DNA from: an uncultured Gemmatimonadales bacterium
GTDB taxonomy: Bacteria; Gemmatimonadota; Gemmatimonadetes; Gemmatimonadales; Gemmatimonadaceae
DNA: 64,000 nucleotides
Direction: 5' to 3'
NCBI GenBank assembly: GCA_963851265.1
Contig: CAWKNZ010000009.1
Location: forward strand, 1 to 64,000
The notes beneath the pieces were generated by a model, which worked only from the letters and a program-made list of their open reading frames with translations, searched no databases and was not told where the DNA came from. Made by a program: the position numbers and the translations under genes. The first letter of the stretch is position 1; every line of letters starts with the position of its first letter. Shown here one piece after another: positions 49,804-60,646 of the stretch.

Positions 49804-52800
49804 ATGCGCCTAACGTTCTGGCCGGCCGCGGCCGGCGCCCTCGCACTCGCCGCCGCGGTCCCGTCGCGCGCGCAGATCACGACCACGGCGTCGCTCGCGG
49901 GCCGCGTGACCGTCGCGGCCGGCGCCGCGCCGCTCGGCTCCGCGCAGGTCGTCGCCGTGCACCGCCCGTCGGGCACGACGTACCGCGGGACGACGCGCGC
50001 CGACGGCCGCTTCACGATCCAGGGGATGCGCGTCGGGGGGCCGTATCAGGTCACCGTGCGGGCCCTCGGGTACGCGCCGACGGTCCGCGACAACGTCACG
50101 CTCGACCTCGGGACGGAGGTCGACCTCGCGTTCGTGCTGTCCCCCGTCGCGGCGCGCCTCACGACCGTCGAGGTGCAGGCGACGACCGCCGGCGCGCTCG
50201 ACGCGGCCCGGACGGGTGCCGCCACGAACGTCGAGCGCGCGACGATCGCGACGCTGCCGACCATCAGCCGCACCATCAACGACTTCACGCGCCTGACGCC
50301 GCAGGCGTCCTCGTCGGGCAACTCGTTCGCGGGGCAGGACTCGCGGTTCAACAACACGACCGTCGACGGCGCGTTCTTCAACAACAACTTCGGCCTCGGC
50401 ACCGGCCAGCCCGGCGGGCGGACCAACGTCGCGCCGATCCCGCTCGACGCGATCGACCAGATCCAGGTGAACGTGGCGCCGTACGACGTGCGGCAGGGCT
50501 ACTTCACCGGGGCGGGCGTGAACGCGGTCACGCGCAGCGGGACCAACAACATCGAGGGCTCGCTCTACTACTTCGGGCGCAACCAGAGCTTCGTGGGTCG
50601 CGAGGCGGCCGGCCAGCGCTTCGACCCGGGCACGTTCAAGTTCGGGCAGGGCGGCGCGCGCCTCGGCGGACCGATCCTGCGCGACCGGCTGTTCTTCTTC
50701 GCCAACTACGAGGACGACCGCCAGACGCAGCCCGGCAACACCTACCTCCCGAGCGCCGCCGGCCAGACCGCGGGCGGCAACACCACGCGCGTGCTCTCGA
50801 CCGACGTGCAGCGCGTGAGCGACTTCCTGCTGCAGAAGTTCAACTACCAGACGGGCCCCGTCACGGGCTACAGCGCCGCGACGCCGTCGCGGCGGTTCCT
50901 CGGCAAGCTCGACTTCAACGCGAACGACCAGAACAAGCTCAGCCTGCGCTACATCGCGCTCAACTCGTCGTCCGACTTCCCGGCGTCGAATTCCAACTCG
51001 TTAGGCTTCGGCAACCGGCGGAGCAACCTCACGTCGCTGAGCTACGCCAACTCGGGCTACTCGATCGACGAGAACATCCGGTCGGTCGTCGGCGAGTGGA
51101 ATTCGCAGCTCGCGGGCGGGCGGTTCGCGAACAACTTCATCGGCGGGTACACGAGCAACGACGAGAGCCGCGGCTACAAGGGTGCGATCTTCCCGACGGT
51201 CGACATCCTGCAGCAGGGGACCACGTACCTGAACTTCGGGTTCGAGCCGTTCACGCCCGACAACCAGCTGCGCTACAACACGTTCCAGCTCCAGGACAAC
51301 GTGACGGCGTACGCCGGCGCGCACGAGCTCACCGTCGGCGCGCAGTTCGAGCGCTACCACTCGGAGAACGTCTTCTTCCCGGGCTCGCAGAGCGTCTACG
51401 TCTACAACTCGATCGACGACTTCTTCGCCGACGCCAACGGCTACCTGGCGAACCCCAACCGCACGACGTCGCCGGTGAGCGTGCGGCGGTTCCAGGTCCG
51501 CTACAACAACATCCCCGGGCAGGCCGAGCCGCTGCAGCCGCTTCGCGTGCAGACGTACGGCGCGTACGCGCAGGACCAGTGGCGCGCGGCCCCCGGACTG
51601 CAGCTGACGCTCGGGGTGCGCGTCGACGTGCCGAAGTTCCAGCCGACGGGCTTCATCAACCCGCAGGCCAACGCCCTCACCTTCCGCGACGACGCCGGTG
51701 CGGCGGTGCAGTACCAGACGCAGAAGCTCCCCGACGCCAACGTGCTGTTCTCGCCCCGGCTCGGCTTCAACTGGGACGTGCGCGGCGACCGCTCGACGCA
51801 GCTCCGCGGGGGCACCGGCATCTTCAGCGGGCAGCCCGCGTACGTCTGGATCTCGAACCAGATCGGGCAGAACGGCATCCAGACCGGGTTCGACCAGTTC
51901 GACAACACCACGGCGCGCCCGTTCAACCCCAACCCCGACGCGTACAAGCCCGCGACGGTGACCGGGGCGCCGGCGGCCTCGTACGAGCTCGACTTCACCG
52001 ACCCGCGCTTCAAGTTCCCGCAGCAGTGGCGGAGCAGCGTCGCGGTCGACCAGCGGCTGCCCGGTGGCGTGGTCGCGACGGGCGAGTTCCTCTACGGGCG
52101 CGACGTCAACGGCGTGTACTACATCAACGCCAACCTGCCGGCGCCGCAGGGCAAGTTCACCGGCGCGGACCAACGACCGCGCTGGCTGGCGACGACGCCG
52201 GGCGTCAACCCGACGCGCATCAACCAGAACATCACCGCGGCGTACGTGCTCAAGAACGAGAACGTCGGCCGCAACTACGACGCCGCGGTCTCGCTCGAGA
52301 AGTCGTTCCGGGCGGGCGTGTACGTGAAGGCCGGTTACAACTACGCCGTCGCGAAGAACACGATCGACCCCGGCTCGATCGCCTCGGGGAGCTGGAGCGG
52401 CAACCCGGTCGCCCGCGATCCGAACAACCCGGGGCTCGGGTACTCGCAGTACTCGCCGGGGAGCCGCGCCTTCCTCGCGGTCTCGCTCCGCCGCGAATAC
52501 TTCCGCTTCGGCGCCACGACGCTCTCGATCTTCGGGGACTACTCCACGCAGGGCAATGCGAGCTACGTGTTCGGCGGCGACCTGAACGGCGACGGCGCGG
52601 TCGGCAACGACCTGATCTACGTCCCGCGCGACCGCTCGGAGATGAACTTCGCGCCGATCGCCGCGACGGCCTCCGCGCCCGCCTTCACCGTGCAGCAGCA
52701 GCAGGACGCGTGGGAGCACTACATCACCCAGGACGCGTACCTGCGCGGACGCCGCGGCCAGTACGCCGAGCGGAACGCGGTGTTCCTGCCGATGGTGTTC

Positions 52801-53097
52801 CGCGCCGACGCGAGCCTCGCGCAGGACGTGTTCCGTCCGATCGCGGGGAAGCGCAACACGGTGCAGCTCCGCCTCGACGTGTTCAACCTCACCAACCTGC
52901 TGAGCCACAGCTGGGGCGTGGGGCAGCAGATCGTGACCACGCAGCCGCTGGTCGCCGCCGGCGCCGACGCCAACGGCGCCGCGCTCTACCGGCTCCGAGT
53001 CGTCAACAACCAGCTGCTTTCCAGCACCTACCAGCGCACGGCGGGGCTCGGCGACGTGTACCGCATGCAACTCGGGGTGCGGTACACGTTTCAGTGA
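49804..53097 (+). CDS. TonB-dependent receptor (Oar-like)
   Basis: Signal peptide, G.RVGGPY, IPLDAIDQIQV..APYDVRQG.FTGAG.NAVTRSGTN, GGPILRDRLFFF, SPRLGFNWD, C-terminal GVRYTF. Confidence 0.92.
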   Translation: MRLTFWPAAAGALALAAAVPSRAQITTTASLAGRVTVAAGAAPLGSAQVVAVHRPSGTTYRGTTRADGRFTIQGMRVGGPYQVTVRALGYAPTVRDNVTLDLGTEVDLAFVLSPVAARLTTVEVQATTAGALDAARTGAATNVERATIATLPTISRTINDFTRLTPQASSSGNSFAGQDSRFNNTTVDGAFFNNNFGLGTGQPGGRTNVAPIPLDAIDQIQVNVAPYDVRQGYFTGAGVNAVTRSGTNNIEGSLYYFGRNQSFVGREAAGQRFDPGTFKFGQGGARLGGPILRDRLFFFANYEDDRQTQPGNTYLPSAAGQTAGGNTTRVLSTDVQRVSDFLLQKFNYQTGPVTGYSAATPSRRFLGKLDFNANDQNKLSLRYIALNSSSDFPASNSNSLGFGNRRSNLTSLSYANSGYSIDENIRSVVGEWNSQLAGGRFANNFIGGYTSNDESRGYKGAIFPTVDILQQGTTYLNFGFEPFTPDNQLRYNTFQLQDNVTAYAGAHELTVGAQFERYHSENVFFPGSQSVYVYNSIDDFFADANGYLANPNRTTSPVSVRRFQVRYNNIPGQAEPLQPLRVQTYGAYAQDQWRAAPGLQLTLGVRVDVPKFQPTGFINPQANALTFRDDAGAAVQYQTQKLPDANVLFSPRLGFNWDVRGDRSTQLRGGTGIFSGQPAYVWISNQIGQNGIQTGFDQFDNTTARPFNPNPDAYKPATVTGAPAASYELDFTDPRFKFPQQWRSSVAVDQRLPGGVVATGEFLYGRDVNGVYYINANLPAPQGKFTGADQRPRWLATTPGVNPTRINQNITAAYVLKNENVGRNYDAAVSLEKSFRAGVYVKAGYNYAVAKNTIDPGSIASGSWSGNPVARDPNNPGLGYSQYSPGSRAFLAVSLRREYFRFGATTLSIFGDYSTQGNASYVFGGDLNGDGAVGNDLIYVPRDRSEMNFAPIAATASAPAFTVQQQQDAWEHYITQDAYLRGRRGQYAERNAVFLPMVFRADASLAQDVFRPIAGKRNTVQLRLDVFNLTNLLSHSWGVGQQIVTTQPLVAAGADANGAALYRLRVVNNQLLSSTYQRTAGLGDVYRMQLGVRYTFQ

Positions 53098-53121
53098 CGC
53101 GGGGGCGGAGCGGGTCCGGCG

Positions 53122-53517
53122 TTAGGCGGTGGCGCGCGTGACGCCCGCCGCCGACGGCGTCCGGCGCGGGTTCGGCGTCCTGCGCGCGCGCTCCACCACG
53201 GCGGCCTGGTACGCGTGCCCGGTCACGCGCCAGAGGTAGAGCAGGAGTGCGACCGCCTGCGGCTCGTCGTCACGCGCGCCGGCCGCGTGCGGCGCGCCCC
53301 CGCGCTGCGATTCCGCGAGGTCGCTGACGAGGGCCAGCAGGTCGTCGAATTCGAGACCGGCATCGCAGGCCGTACGGCCGAGGACCGCGGCCGCGGCTTC
53401 GAGGTCGGCGAGTGCAGGGGGTGAGAACTCGCCATGATCGGCGGCACGGGCGAGGGCGTGCGAGGTGGCCGCGGCGGGGGCGGCGAGCGGGCCGGCGACG
53501 GGCAGGTGGAAAGCCAT
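53122..53517 (-). CDS. Hypothetical helical protein
   Basis: ATG-started ORF with plausible composition; stop lies in a GCCTAAC motif. Confidence 0.5.
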   Translation of the reverse strand: MAFHLPVAGPLAAPAAATSHALARAADHGEFSPPALADLEAAAAVLGRTACDAGLEFDDLLALVSDLAESQRGGAPHAAGARDDEPQAVALLLYLWRVTGHAYQAAVVERARRTPNPRRTPSAAGVTRATA

Positions 53518-53888
53518 GACACTGACGCTAGTGCGGGCGGCGCGGCGCGCCGCCCGCACGGCCGTCGCGAGTCGGCGACAAATACGTCACGGCGGCAGGC
53601 CCGACCGGCGTGGCGGACCGTCCGCGATGCGCCGTCCCGCTCGCGACGCGTCCTCCCGCACCGCGTCGCGACGGCGCGGTCCGGATGGCCGCGACGACGT
53701 TAGCTCGCGCCGACGCACGGGGCCGTCCCGGCCCGTACGACCGCGTATGTCGACGGCACAAAGAACTGTCCCGAGGGGCAATCCGTGACCGGGCGGTAGC
53801 GATGACGTGACACCACGCCGCGAGCGTGGCGTTCGGTCCTGCGGGCGAGTGCCCGTGCGGACCCCACCTGCCGTCGTGAGGTCGTCGC

Positions 53889-55457
53889 ATGCCCCGCTCC
53901 CGCAGTCGTGTCCCGACGCTGCTCACCGCCTGCGCGAGCGCCGCGCTGGCCGCCTGCGCCGACGCGCCCTCCGCGCCGGCTGCACTCGCGCGCACCGATG
54001 GCGAGACGCCGCAGGCGACCGCCGCGGCCATCACGCACGTGCTGCTGCTCAGCATCGACGGCATGCACCAGGCCGACCTCGACCGGTACGTCCGCCTCAA
54101 CCCGACGTCGGCGCTCGCGCAGCTCGCCGCATCGGGCCTGACCTACACGAGCGCGGCGACCAGCCGGCCGTCGGACTCGTTCCCCGGACTGCTGTCGATG
54201 GTCACCGGCGGATCGCCGCTGTCGACCGGCGTCTACTACGACGACTCGTACGACCGCCGGCTCGCCGCGCCGGGGTCGGACTGCTCGGTGCGCGGGACGG
54301 AGGTCGTCTACGACGAGTCGATCGACGTCAACTCCAACGCCCTCGACGCCGGCGGCGGCATCGACCCGTCCGCGCTGCCGCGCGACCCCGACCGCGGGTG
54401 CGCCCCGGTCTACCCGCACCAGTTCGTCCGCGTCAACAACATCTTCGAGGTCGCCAAGGCGGCGGGGCTCCGCACGGCGTGGTCGGACAAGCACCCGGCG
54501 TACGACATCCTCAACGGCCCGTCCGGCACGGGCGTCGACGATCTGTACAACCCCGAGATCGCCGCGGCCGGCGGCGTGTTCACCGCCGACGTGGCCGACG
54601 CGGTCCACTACGACACGCGCAAGGTCAAGGCGATCCTGAACGAGATCGACGGCCTCGACCACACCGGCGCGCGGCAGGTCGGCGTGCCGGCGCTGTTCGG
54701 GATGAACTTCCAGGCGGTGAGCGTCGGCCAGAAGACCGGCGGCTACACCGACGCGTCCGCGACGCCCACGGCCACGCTCGCCTCCGCGCTCGCGCGCACC
54801 GACGCCTCGATCGGGCAGATGCTCGCCGAGTTGACGGCGCAGGGGATCCGCTCGCAGACGTTGGTCATCGTCACGGCGAAGCACGGCCAGGCGCCGCTCA
54901 ACACGGCGATCCGCACCATCGTCAGCAACCGGCTGGTCCCGGCCATCGTCAACGGCGTCTCGGCCGGCCTCGTGGCCCAATCGACCGAGGACGACGTCGC
55001 CCTCCTCTGGCTCGCCGACCAGACGAAGACGCAGGCCGCGGTCGACGCGCTCAACGCGGCCCCCGCGAACGTCGGCGTCGCGTCGGTGCTGTCGGGCGGG
55101 GCGCTCGTCGCGCAGTTCGGGAACCCGCTCACCGACAGCCGGACCCCGGACGCGATCGTCATCACGCAGCCGGGCGTGATCTACGCGGGAGCGACGGCCA
55201 CGAAGACCGCCGAGCACGGCGGGTTCTCCGACGACGACGTGCACGTCCCGATCCTCGTGTCGGCCCCGGGGATCGCGGCCGCGCAGATCGGCAGCCCGGT
55301 CACCACCACGCAGATCGCGCCGAGCATCCTGCAGGCGCTCGGGCTGAACCCGCAGGCGCTCCAGGCCGTGCAGCGCGAGGGCACGTCGCTGCTGCCCGCG
55401 CTCGGCGCTGCGTTAGGCAGCCGCACGTCCGCCGCGTCCGCCGCGCGCGCGCGGTGA
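53889..55457 (+). CDS. Alkaline-phosphatase-superfamily phosphodiesterase/nucleotide pyrophosphatase lipoprotein
   Basis: Lipobox LAAC, VLLLSIDGMH, PSDSFPG, IVTAKHG, AEHGG, TTQIAPSIL. Confidence 0.88.
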   Translation: MPRSRSRVPTLLTACASAALAACADAPSAPAALARTDGETPQATAAAITHVLLLSIDGMHQADLDRYVRLNPTSALAQLAASGLTYTSAATSRPSDSFPGLLSMVTGGSPLSTGVYYDDSYDRRLAAPGSDCSVRGTEVVYDESIDVNSNALDAGGGIDPSALPRDPDRGCAPVYPHQFVRVNNIFEVAKAAGLRTAWSDKHPAYDILNGPSGTGVDDLYNPEIAAAGGVFTADVADAVHYDTRKVKAILNEIDGLDHTGARQVGVPALFGMNFQAVSVGQKTGGYTDASATPTATLASALARTDASIGQMLAELTAQGIRSQTLVIVTAKHGQAPLNTAIRTIVSNRLVPAIVNGVSAGLVAQSTEDDVALLWLADQTKTQAAVDALNAAPANVGVASVLSGGALVAQFGNPLTDSRTPDAIVITQPGVIYAGATATKTAEHGGFSDDDVHVPILVSAPGIAAAQIGSPVTTTQIAPSILQALGLNPQALQAVQREGTSLLPALGAALGSRTSAASAARAR

Positions 55458-55513
55458 CCGCCCCGCCGCCGTCCGTCCGTCGTCCTTCCGCCACCTCTCG
55501 TCAGGGATTTGAC

Positions 55514-56170
55514 ATGCGTCACTCTTTCGTCCGACACGTCGCCGGCCTCACCGCGACTCGTCTCGGCGCCGTGGTCGGTGCCGCCTTCGCCGGTGCCGCC
55601 GTTCTGGGCGCCGCACGTCCCGCCGCCGCGCAGGCGTCGAGCCAGTGCGCCGCCGTCGCGGGCAATCTCGTCGCGAACTGCGGCTTCGAGTCCGGCGGGT
55701 TCGACGGCTACACGCTCGCCGGCAACACCGCGAACAGTGGCGTCGACGCGTTCTCCGCGCACAGCGGCGGCTACGGCGCGTACGTGGGCAACCGCGGTGC
55801 CGCGCAGACGATCACCCAGACGCTCGCCACGACCGCGGGCGGGCGCTACACGTTCAGCTTCTTCCTGCTGAGCGAGGAGGCGCTCGGCGGCACGGCGTTC
55901 TTCCGCGCGTTCCTCGGCGGGCAGCAGGTGCTCGACCTCGAGAGCCAGGCGCCGCTCGCGTACACGCGCTATAGCTTCACTACGACGGCGACCGGCCCGG
56001 CGACCGACCTCCGGTTCGTCGTCCAGAACGACCTCTCGTTCTACGACCTCGACGACCTGAGCGTCGCGCCGGCCGCCACGACGACGCCCGAGCCCGCGGG
56101 CGTGGTGCTCGTCGGGGTCGGACTCCTCTCGCTCGCGGCGGCCGCACGCCGCCGGACGTCGCGGGCCTAA
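55514..56170 (+). CDS. PEP-CTERM protein with a CBM-like jelly-roll domain
   Basis: Signal peptide, NLVANCGFESG, ITQTLAT, LDDLSV, then TTPEP + TM helix + RRR. Confidence 0.85.
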   Translation: MRHSFVRHVAGLTATRLGAVVGAAFAGAAVLGAARPAAAQASSQCAAVAGNLVANCGFESGGFDGYTLAGNTANSGVDAFSAHSGGYGAYVGNRGAAQTITQTLATTAGGRYTFSFFLLSEEALGGTAFFRAFLGGQQVLDLESQAPLAYTRYSFTTTATGPATDLRFVVQNDLSFYDLDDLSVAPAATTTPEPAGVVLVGVGLLSLAAAARRRTSRA

Positions 56171-56192
56171 CATCCTCGGCTGAGCGCCCCTC

Positions 56193-57611
56193 ATGCGTCA
56201 TCACGACCGCGCCGCCGCCGCGGCGGTCTCGCGCCGGGAGTTCCTCGCCGGCTCGGCCCTCGCGGCCGCCGCCGTTTCGTTAGGCTGCACGCGCACCCCG
56301 GAAGGGGTCCTCGCGCCCTCGGTGGGGGCGGCGGCCGCCGCCCGGGCGCGGTCCGCGGCCCTGGCGCTGCCGGCGCCCGCGCAGGCGGGCATCGACCACG
56401 TCGTCGTGGTGATGATGGAGAACCGCTCCTTCGACCACCTGCTCGGCTGGGTGCCCGGGGCGGACGGCCGCCAGGCCGGGCTCGCGTACGCCGACAAGGC
56501 AGGCGCGGTCCACGCCACGCACGCGCTCGCCCCCGACTTCCAGGGCTGCGGGCACCCCGACCCCGACCACTCGTACGACGGCGCGCGCGTCGCGTACGAC
56601 GGCGGCCGCTGCGACGGGTGGCTGCGGGCCGGGTCGAACGACAACTTCTCCATCGGCTACTATCAGCAGCAGGACCTCGCGTTCCTCGGCCGCGCGGTGC
56701 CCGACTGGGCGACCTCCGACCGCTACTTCGCGGCGATCCTCGGGCCCACGTTCCCGAACCGGATGTACCAGCACGCGGCGCAGACCGACCGGACGGGCGA
56801 CACGTTCGCGATCTCGAAGCTGCCGACGATCTGGGACCGGCTCGCGGCGCGCGGCCTCACGGGACGGTACTACTACACCGACCTGCCCTTCGTCGCGCTC
56901 TGGGGCTTCAAGTACCTATCCATCGCGCGCCCCGCCGGCGACTTCTTCGCGGCGTGCGCGTCGGGTAACCTGCCCCAGGTCTCGTTCCTCGACCAGAGCT
57001 TCGTCGGCGAGTTCACCGGGACCGGCAGCGACGATCATCCGCACGCCGACGTGCGCGCGGGCGAGCACTTCCTGAACACCGTCTATCAGGCGGTGACGCA
57101 GGGGCCGGCGTGGCAGCGCACGCTCCTCGTGATCAACTTCGACGAGTGGGGCGGGTTCTTCGACCACGTGCCGCCGCCCGTCGCGCCGGTGCCGGCCGCG
57201 GACCGCGCGGCCGGCTTCACGGACGGTCTTCGCGGCTTCCGCACGCCGCTCGTCGTCGTCTCGCCGTACGCGCGGCGCGGGTACGTCGGCCACGACGTGC
57301 TGGACCACACGTCGGTGCTGCGCTTCATCGAATGGCGCTGGAATCTGGACCCGCTCACGGTGCGCGACGCCGGCGCGACCAACTTGGCCACGCTACTCGA
57401 CTTCGCAAACCCGAACGCGCACGCGCCGCAGTACACGGTGCCGAACGTCACCGGGAAGGTCTGCTTCGACCTGCCGTTCCTCGCGCGGACGGCCGAAGCG
57501 GGCGGGCCGCCGGCCGACGTGGGCGCATCGGTCGCCGGCGTGCGGGGGGCGGAGCAGCGGGCGGCGTTCCGCGCGCTCGCCGAGTCGCACGGGTTCGCGA
57601 CCGGCGGGTGA
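56193..57611 (+). CDS. Tat-exported phospholipase C/phosphoesterase
   Basis: SRREFL signal, HVVVVMMENRSFDH, GPTFPNR, DDHP, FDEWGGFFDHV, DHTSVLRFIE. Confidence 0.92.
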   Translation: MRHHDRAAAAAVSRREFLAGSALAAAAVSLGCTRTPEGVLAPSVGAAAAARARSAALALPAPAQAGIDHVVVVMMENRSFDHLLGWVPGADGRQAGLAYADKAGAVHATHALAPDFQGCGHPDPDHSYDGARVAYDGGRCDGWLRAGSNDNFSIGYYQQQDLAFLGRAVPDWATSDRYFAAILGPTFPNRMYQHAAQTDRTGDTFAISKLPTIWDRLAARGLTGRYYYTDLPFVALWGFKYLSIARPAGDFFAACASGNLPQVSFLDQSFVGEFTGTGSDDHPHADVRAGEHFLNTVYQAVTQGPAWQRTLLVINFDEWGGFFDHVPPPVAPVPAADRAAGFTDGLRGFRTPLVVVSPYARRGYVGHDVLDHTSVLRFIEWRWNLDPLTVRDAGATNLATLLDFANPNAHAPQYTVPNVTGKVCFDLPFLARTAEAGGPPADVGASVAGVRGAEQRAAFRALAESHGFATGG

Positions 57612-57664
57612 CGGCGTGAGCGGCCTCGAACACGCGTCGGCGGTGGCCGCGTGCGCGAGGCCGC

Positions 57665-60646
57665 TCACGCGGCCACGGCCGCCGCGGGCTCCGTCGGCCC
57701 GGTCAGGAGCGCGCGCGCGTCGGCAGCGCTGAGCGGCCGCGCGAACAGGTATCCCTGCCCGAGCGCGCAGCCCAGCGCGGTCAGCGCCGCGTGTTGGGCC
57801 GCCGTCTCGACCCCCTCGGCCACCGTGGTGAGGCCGAGGGTCTGCCCGAGCGCGACGACCGTGCGGGCCAGCGCCGCGTCCGCGCCGCCGCGCGCGACGT
57901 GGTCGACGAAGCTCTTGTCGATCTTGAGCACGTCGACCGGAAACCGCTGCAGGTAGCTCAGCGACGAGTACCCGGTCCCGAAATCGTCGATCGCCAGCCG
58001 CACGCCGAGCGCCTTGAGGGCGTGGAGCACGTCGAGCGTGCGCGCGGTGTCGCGCATGAGCGCCGTCTCGGTGACTTCGAGCGTCACCCGGCCCGGCGCG
58101 ACGCCCGAGTCGGCGAGCGTCGCCTCCACGTCGGCCACGAGGTCCGGATCTTCGAGCTGCCGCCCGGAGACGTTGACGGCGAGGTGCACGGCGCTGCGCG
58201 GCACGTTCCCCGGCGCGGCCGTGACGGCGTCGTCCCAGGCGCGGAGCTGCCGGCACGCCGCGCGCAGCACCCACCGGCCGAGCGGGACGATGAGCCCGGT
58301 CTCTTCGGCCAGCGGAATGAATCGCGCGGGACTCACCACACCGCGGTGCGGGTGGTGCCACCGGAGCAGCGCCTCGAACTTGACCACGGCCCCGGTGTCG
58401 AGCGCGACGACGGGCTGGAACACGAGGTGGAAGTCGCCCGCGCGGGCGTCGCCGGCGTCCGGTGCCGCGTCCGCGACCGGTCCGTCGGCGCCGACGGCGG
58501 CGCGCAAATCCTGCTCGAGCGCGACGCGGTCGAGCATGGAGTCGCGCATCGCGGGCGCGAACGTCGCCGAACGGCCCTTCCCCGCCCCCTTGGCCGCATA
58601 CATCGCGGTGTCGGCGTCGCGCAGGACCTCGTCGGCGGTCACCCCGGGCTCGGCGTGCACCAGGCCCAGGCTGGCGCGGACCACCGTGGCGCCGCCGTCG
58701 AACACGAGGGGTTCGGCCAGGGCACGCGTGATGCGCGCGACCACGACGTCGGTGTCCTCGGGCGTGCTCAGGCCTTCCAGCAGGACCGCGAACTCGTCCC
58801 CGCCGAGCCGCGCCACCGTGTCGAAGCCGCGTGTCACCCGCCGCAGCCGGTCGGCCACGGCGACCAGGAGCGCGTCGCCGGCCGCGTGCCCGCGCGTGTC
58901 GTTGATCTGCTTGAAGTCGTCGAGGTCGAGGGCGACGACCGCGACGTGTTCGGCGGCATGCCCCACCCGCCCCGAGTGGGCGCGCGCGAGGGCGTGCGTG
59001 ACGCGGTCCTGGAACTTCGCCCGGTTCGCGAGACCGGTGAGCGCGTCGTGATACGCCTGGTGCGCGAGCTCGGCTTCGAGCGCGGCGCGCTCCGAGACGT
59101 CGCGCACGGTGAGCACCACGCCGCGGACGGCCGGCTCGCCGCTGAGGTCGACCGCGATCGTCTCGGCCTGGCGCCACGCGCCGTCGGCGCGCCGCACGCG
59201 GTGCCGCAGGGTGACCGCCTCGCCCGGCCGCGCGCAGAGCGCGGCGATCCCGGCCCGCACGCCGCCGACGTCGTCCGGGTGGAGCACGTCGGAGAGCGGG
59301 CGGCCGACGAGCGCCTCGGGCGCGTGCCCGTACTGCGCCAGGAGCGACGCACTCACGTCGCACACGCGGGCGTCTCCGTCGGGGTCGCGGTGCACGACGA
59401 ACGTCACGTCGGAGGCGTGTTGCACCAGCGCGCGGAATCGCGCCTCGCTGTCGCGGAGCGCGTGCTCCGCCCGACGCGCGGCGGTGACGTCTCGGAAGCT
59501 GAAGACGCGCCCCACCACCGCGCCGTTCAGGAGCTGCGGCTGCGAGTGCCGTTCGACGACGCGCCCGTCCGTCAGGTGGAGCACGTCGTCGAACTCCATG
59601 TCGGGCGTGGCGGCAGCGCGGCGGATCGTGGCAGCGAACGCGTCGGGGTCGGCCAGCTGCGCGGTCACGTGCCGCATGACGGCCGGCGTGTCACCCGACG
59701 CCGCCAGCTCGGCGGAGAGCGCCCACATCTCGAGCAGCTGCGGATTGTACTGCACCGGACGGCCGGCCGGGTCGATCACCAGGATCGCGTCCGCGGTGGC
59801 ATCGAGCGTGGCCTCGAGCAGGGCACGCGTCCGCTCGCGCTCGCGCTCGGCCGTGCGGTAGGCGGTCACGTCGCGCAGGACGGTGAGAATTGCCGGTAGG
59901 CGCTCGTGGATCGTGCGGACGGACACCGCTTCGACCTCGCGCCAGGTGCCGTCGAAGGCCCGGAAGCGGTAGTCGGCCCGCACGGCGTCTCCGGGCGCGG
60001 CGTCGGCCGCGTCCGCACGGGTTTCGAGGATGGCGAGCCGCGAAGCGAAGCGCGCGCGGTCGGCGGGGTCGAGCCAGGCAATGAGTGGGCGCCCGAGCAC
60101 GGCGATCTGCGTCGACGCGCCGACCAGGTGGAGGTGCGCCGGATTCGCGTACAGGACGACCCCCGCCCGGTGCACCACGATCGCTTCCGGCGAGCGCTCG
60201 ACGAGCTGCCGGTAGTGTGCCTCGCTCTGTCGGAGCGCCGAGTCCCGGATCTCGGCGTCGCGCCGGGCCTCGACGTGACGCAGCACGTCCGTGTGGAGCG
60301 CGGCCTGTCGCGCGAGCGCGAGTCGCGCACAGAGCCCCGCGGCCGCGGCCCCGACCGCGATCGTGATCGCGTGCGACTGCCAGAGCGTGAGGTGCGGGAG
60401 GAGCGCGGTCTTGCTCGCCTCGTAGATGAAGAGGATGAGCGCCGCGGCGACCGTGACGCGACCGGCGGCGCCGCCAGCGTCACGACCGGGGTGCGGCGGC
60501 GAGGAGGATACCGACGGACGGGGCGCGGCGGCGTCGACGGCGGGTACGGGCACGGAAGGCGAGATGCGCGGGAGGAACAGGAAGGGAGCGCGCCTCGATG
60601 ACGCGCGCGGCAGGAACGGCGGCCCGGGCGTCACGACGTTGCGCAC
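57665..60646 (-). CDS. Membrane-anchored PAS x3-GGDEF-EAL c-di-GMP enzyme (start uncertain)
   Basis: Two TM helices, three PAS-like repeats, [15 protein letters not shown]-site, [26 protein letters not shown]. Confidence 0.93.
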   Translation of the reverse strand: MRNVVTPGPPFLPRASSRRAPFLFLPRISPSVPVPAVDAAAPRPSVSSSPPHPGRDAGGAAGRVTVAAALILFIYEASKTALLPHLTLWQSHAITIAVGAAAAGLCARLALARQAALHTDVLRHVEARRDAEIRDSALRQSEAHYRQLVERSPEAIVVHRAGVVLYANPAHLHLVGASTQIAVLGRPLIAWLDPADRARFASRLAILETRADAADAAPGDAVRADYRFRAFDGTWREVEAVSVRTIHERLPAILTVLRDVTAYRTAERERERTRALLEATLDATADAILVIDPAGRPVQYNPQLLEMWALSAELAASGDTPAVMRHVTAQLADPDAFAATIRRAAATPDMEFDDVLHLTDGRVVERHSQPQLLNGAVVGRVFSFRDVTAARRAEHALRDSEARFRALVQHASDVTFVVHRDPDGDARVCDVSASLLAQYGHAPEALVGRPLSDVLHPDDVGGVRAGIAALCARPGEAVTLRHRVRRADGAWRQAETIAVDLSGEPAVRGVVLTVRDVSERAALEAELAHQAYHDALTGLANRAKFQDRVTHALARAHSGRVGHAAEHVAVVALDLDDFKQINDTRGHAAGDALLVAVADRLRRVTRGFDTVARLGGDEFAVLLEGLSTPEDTDVVVARITRALAEPLVFDGGATVVRASLGLVHAEPGVTADEVLRDADTAMYAAKGAGKGRSATFAPAMRDSMLDRVALEQDLRAAVGADGPVADAAPDAGDARAGDFHLVFQPVVALDTGAVVKFEALLRWHHPHRGVVSPARFIPLAEETGLIVPLGRWVLRAACRQLRAWDDAVTAAPGNVPRSAVHLAVNVSGRQLEDPDLVADVEATLADSGVAPGRVTLEVTETALMRDTARTLDVLHALKALGVRLAIDDFGTGYSSLSYLQRFPVDVLKIDKSFVDHVARGGADAALARTVVALGQTLGLTTVAEGVETAAQHAALTALGCALGQGYLFARPLSAADARALLTGPTEPAAAVAA

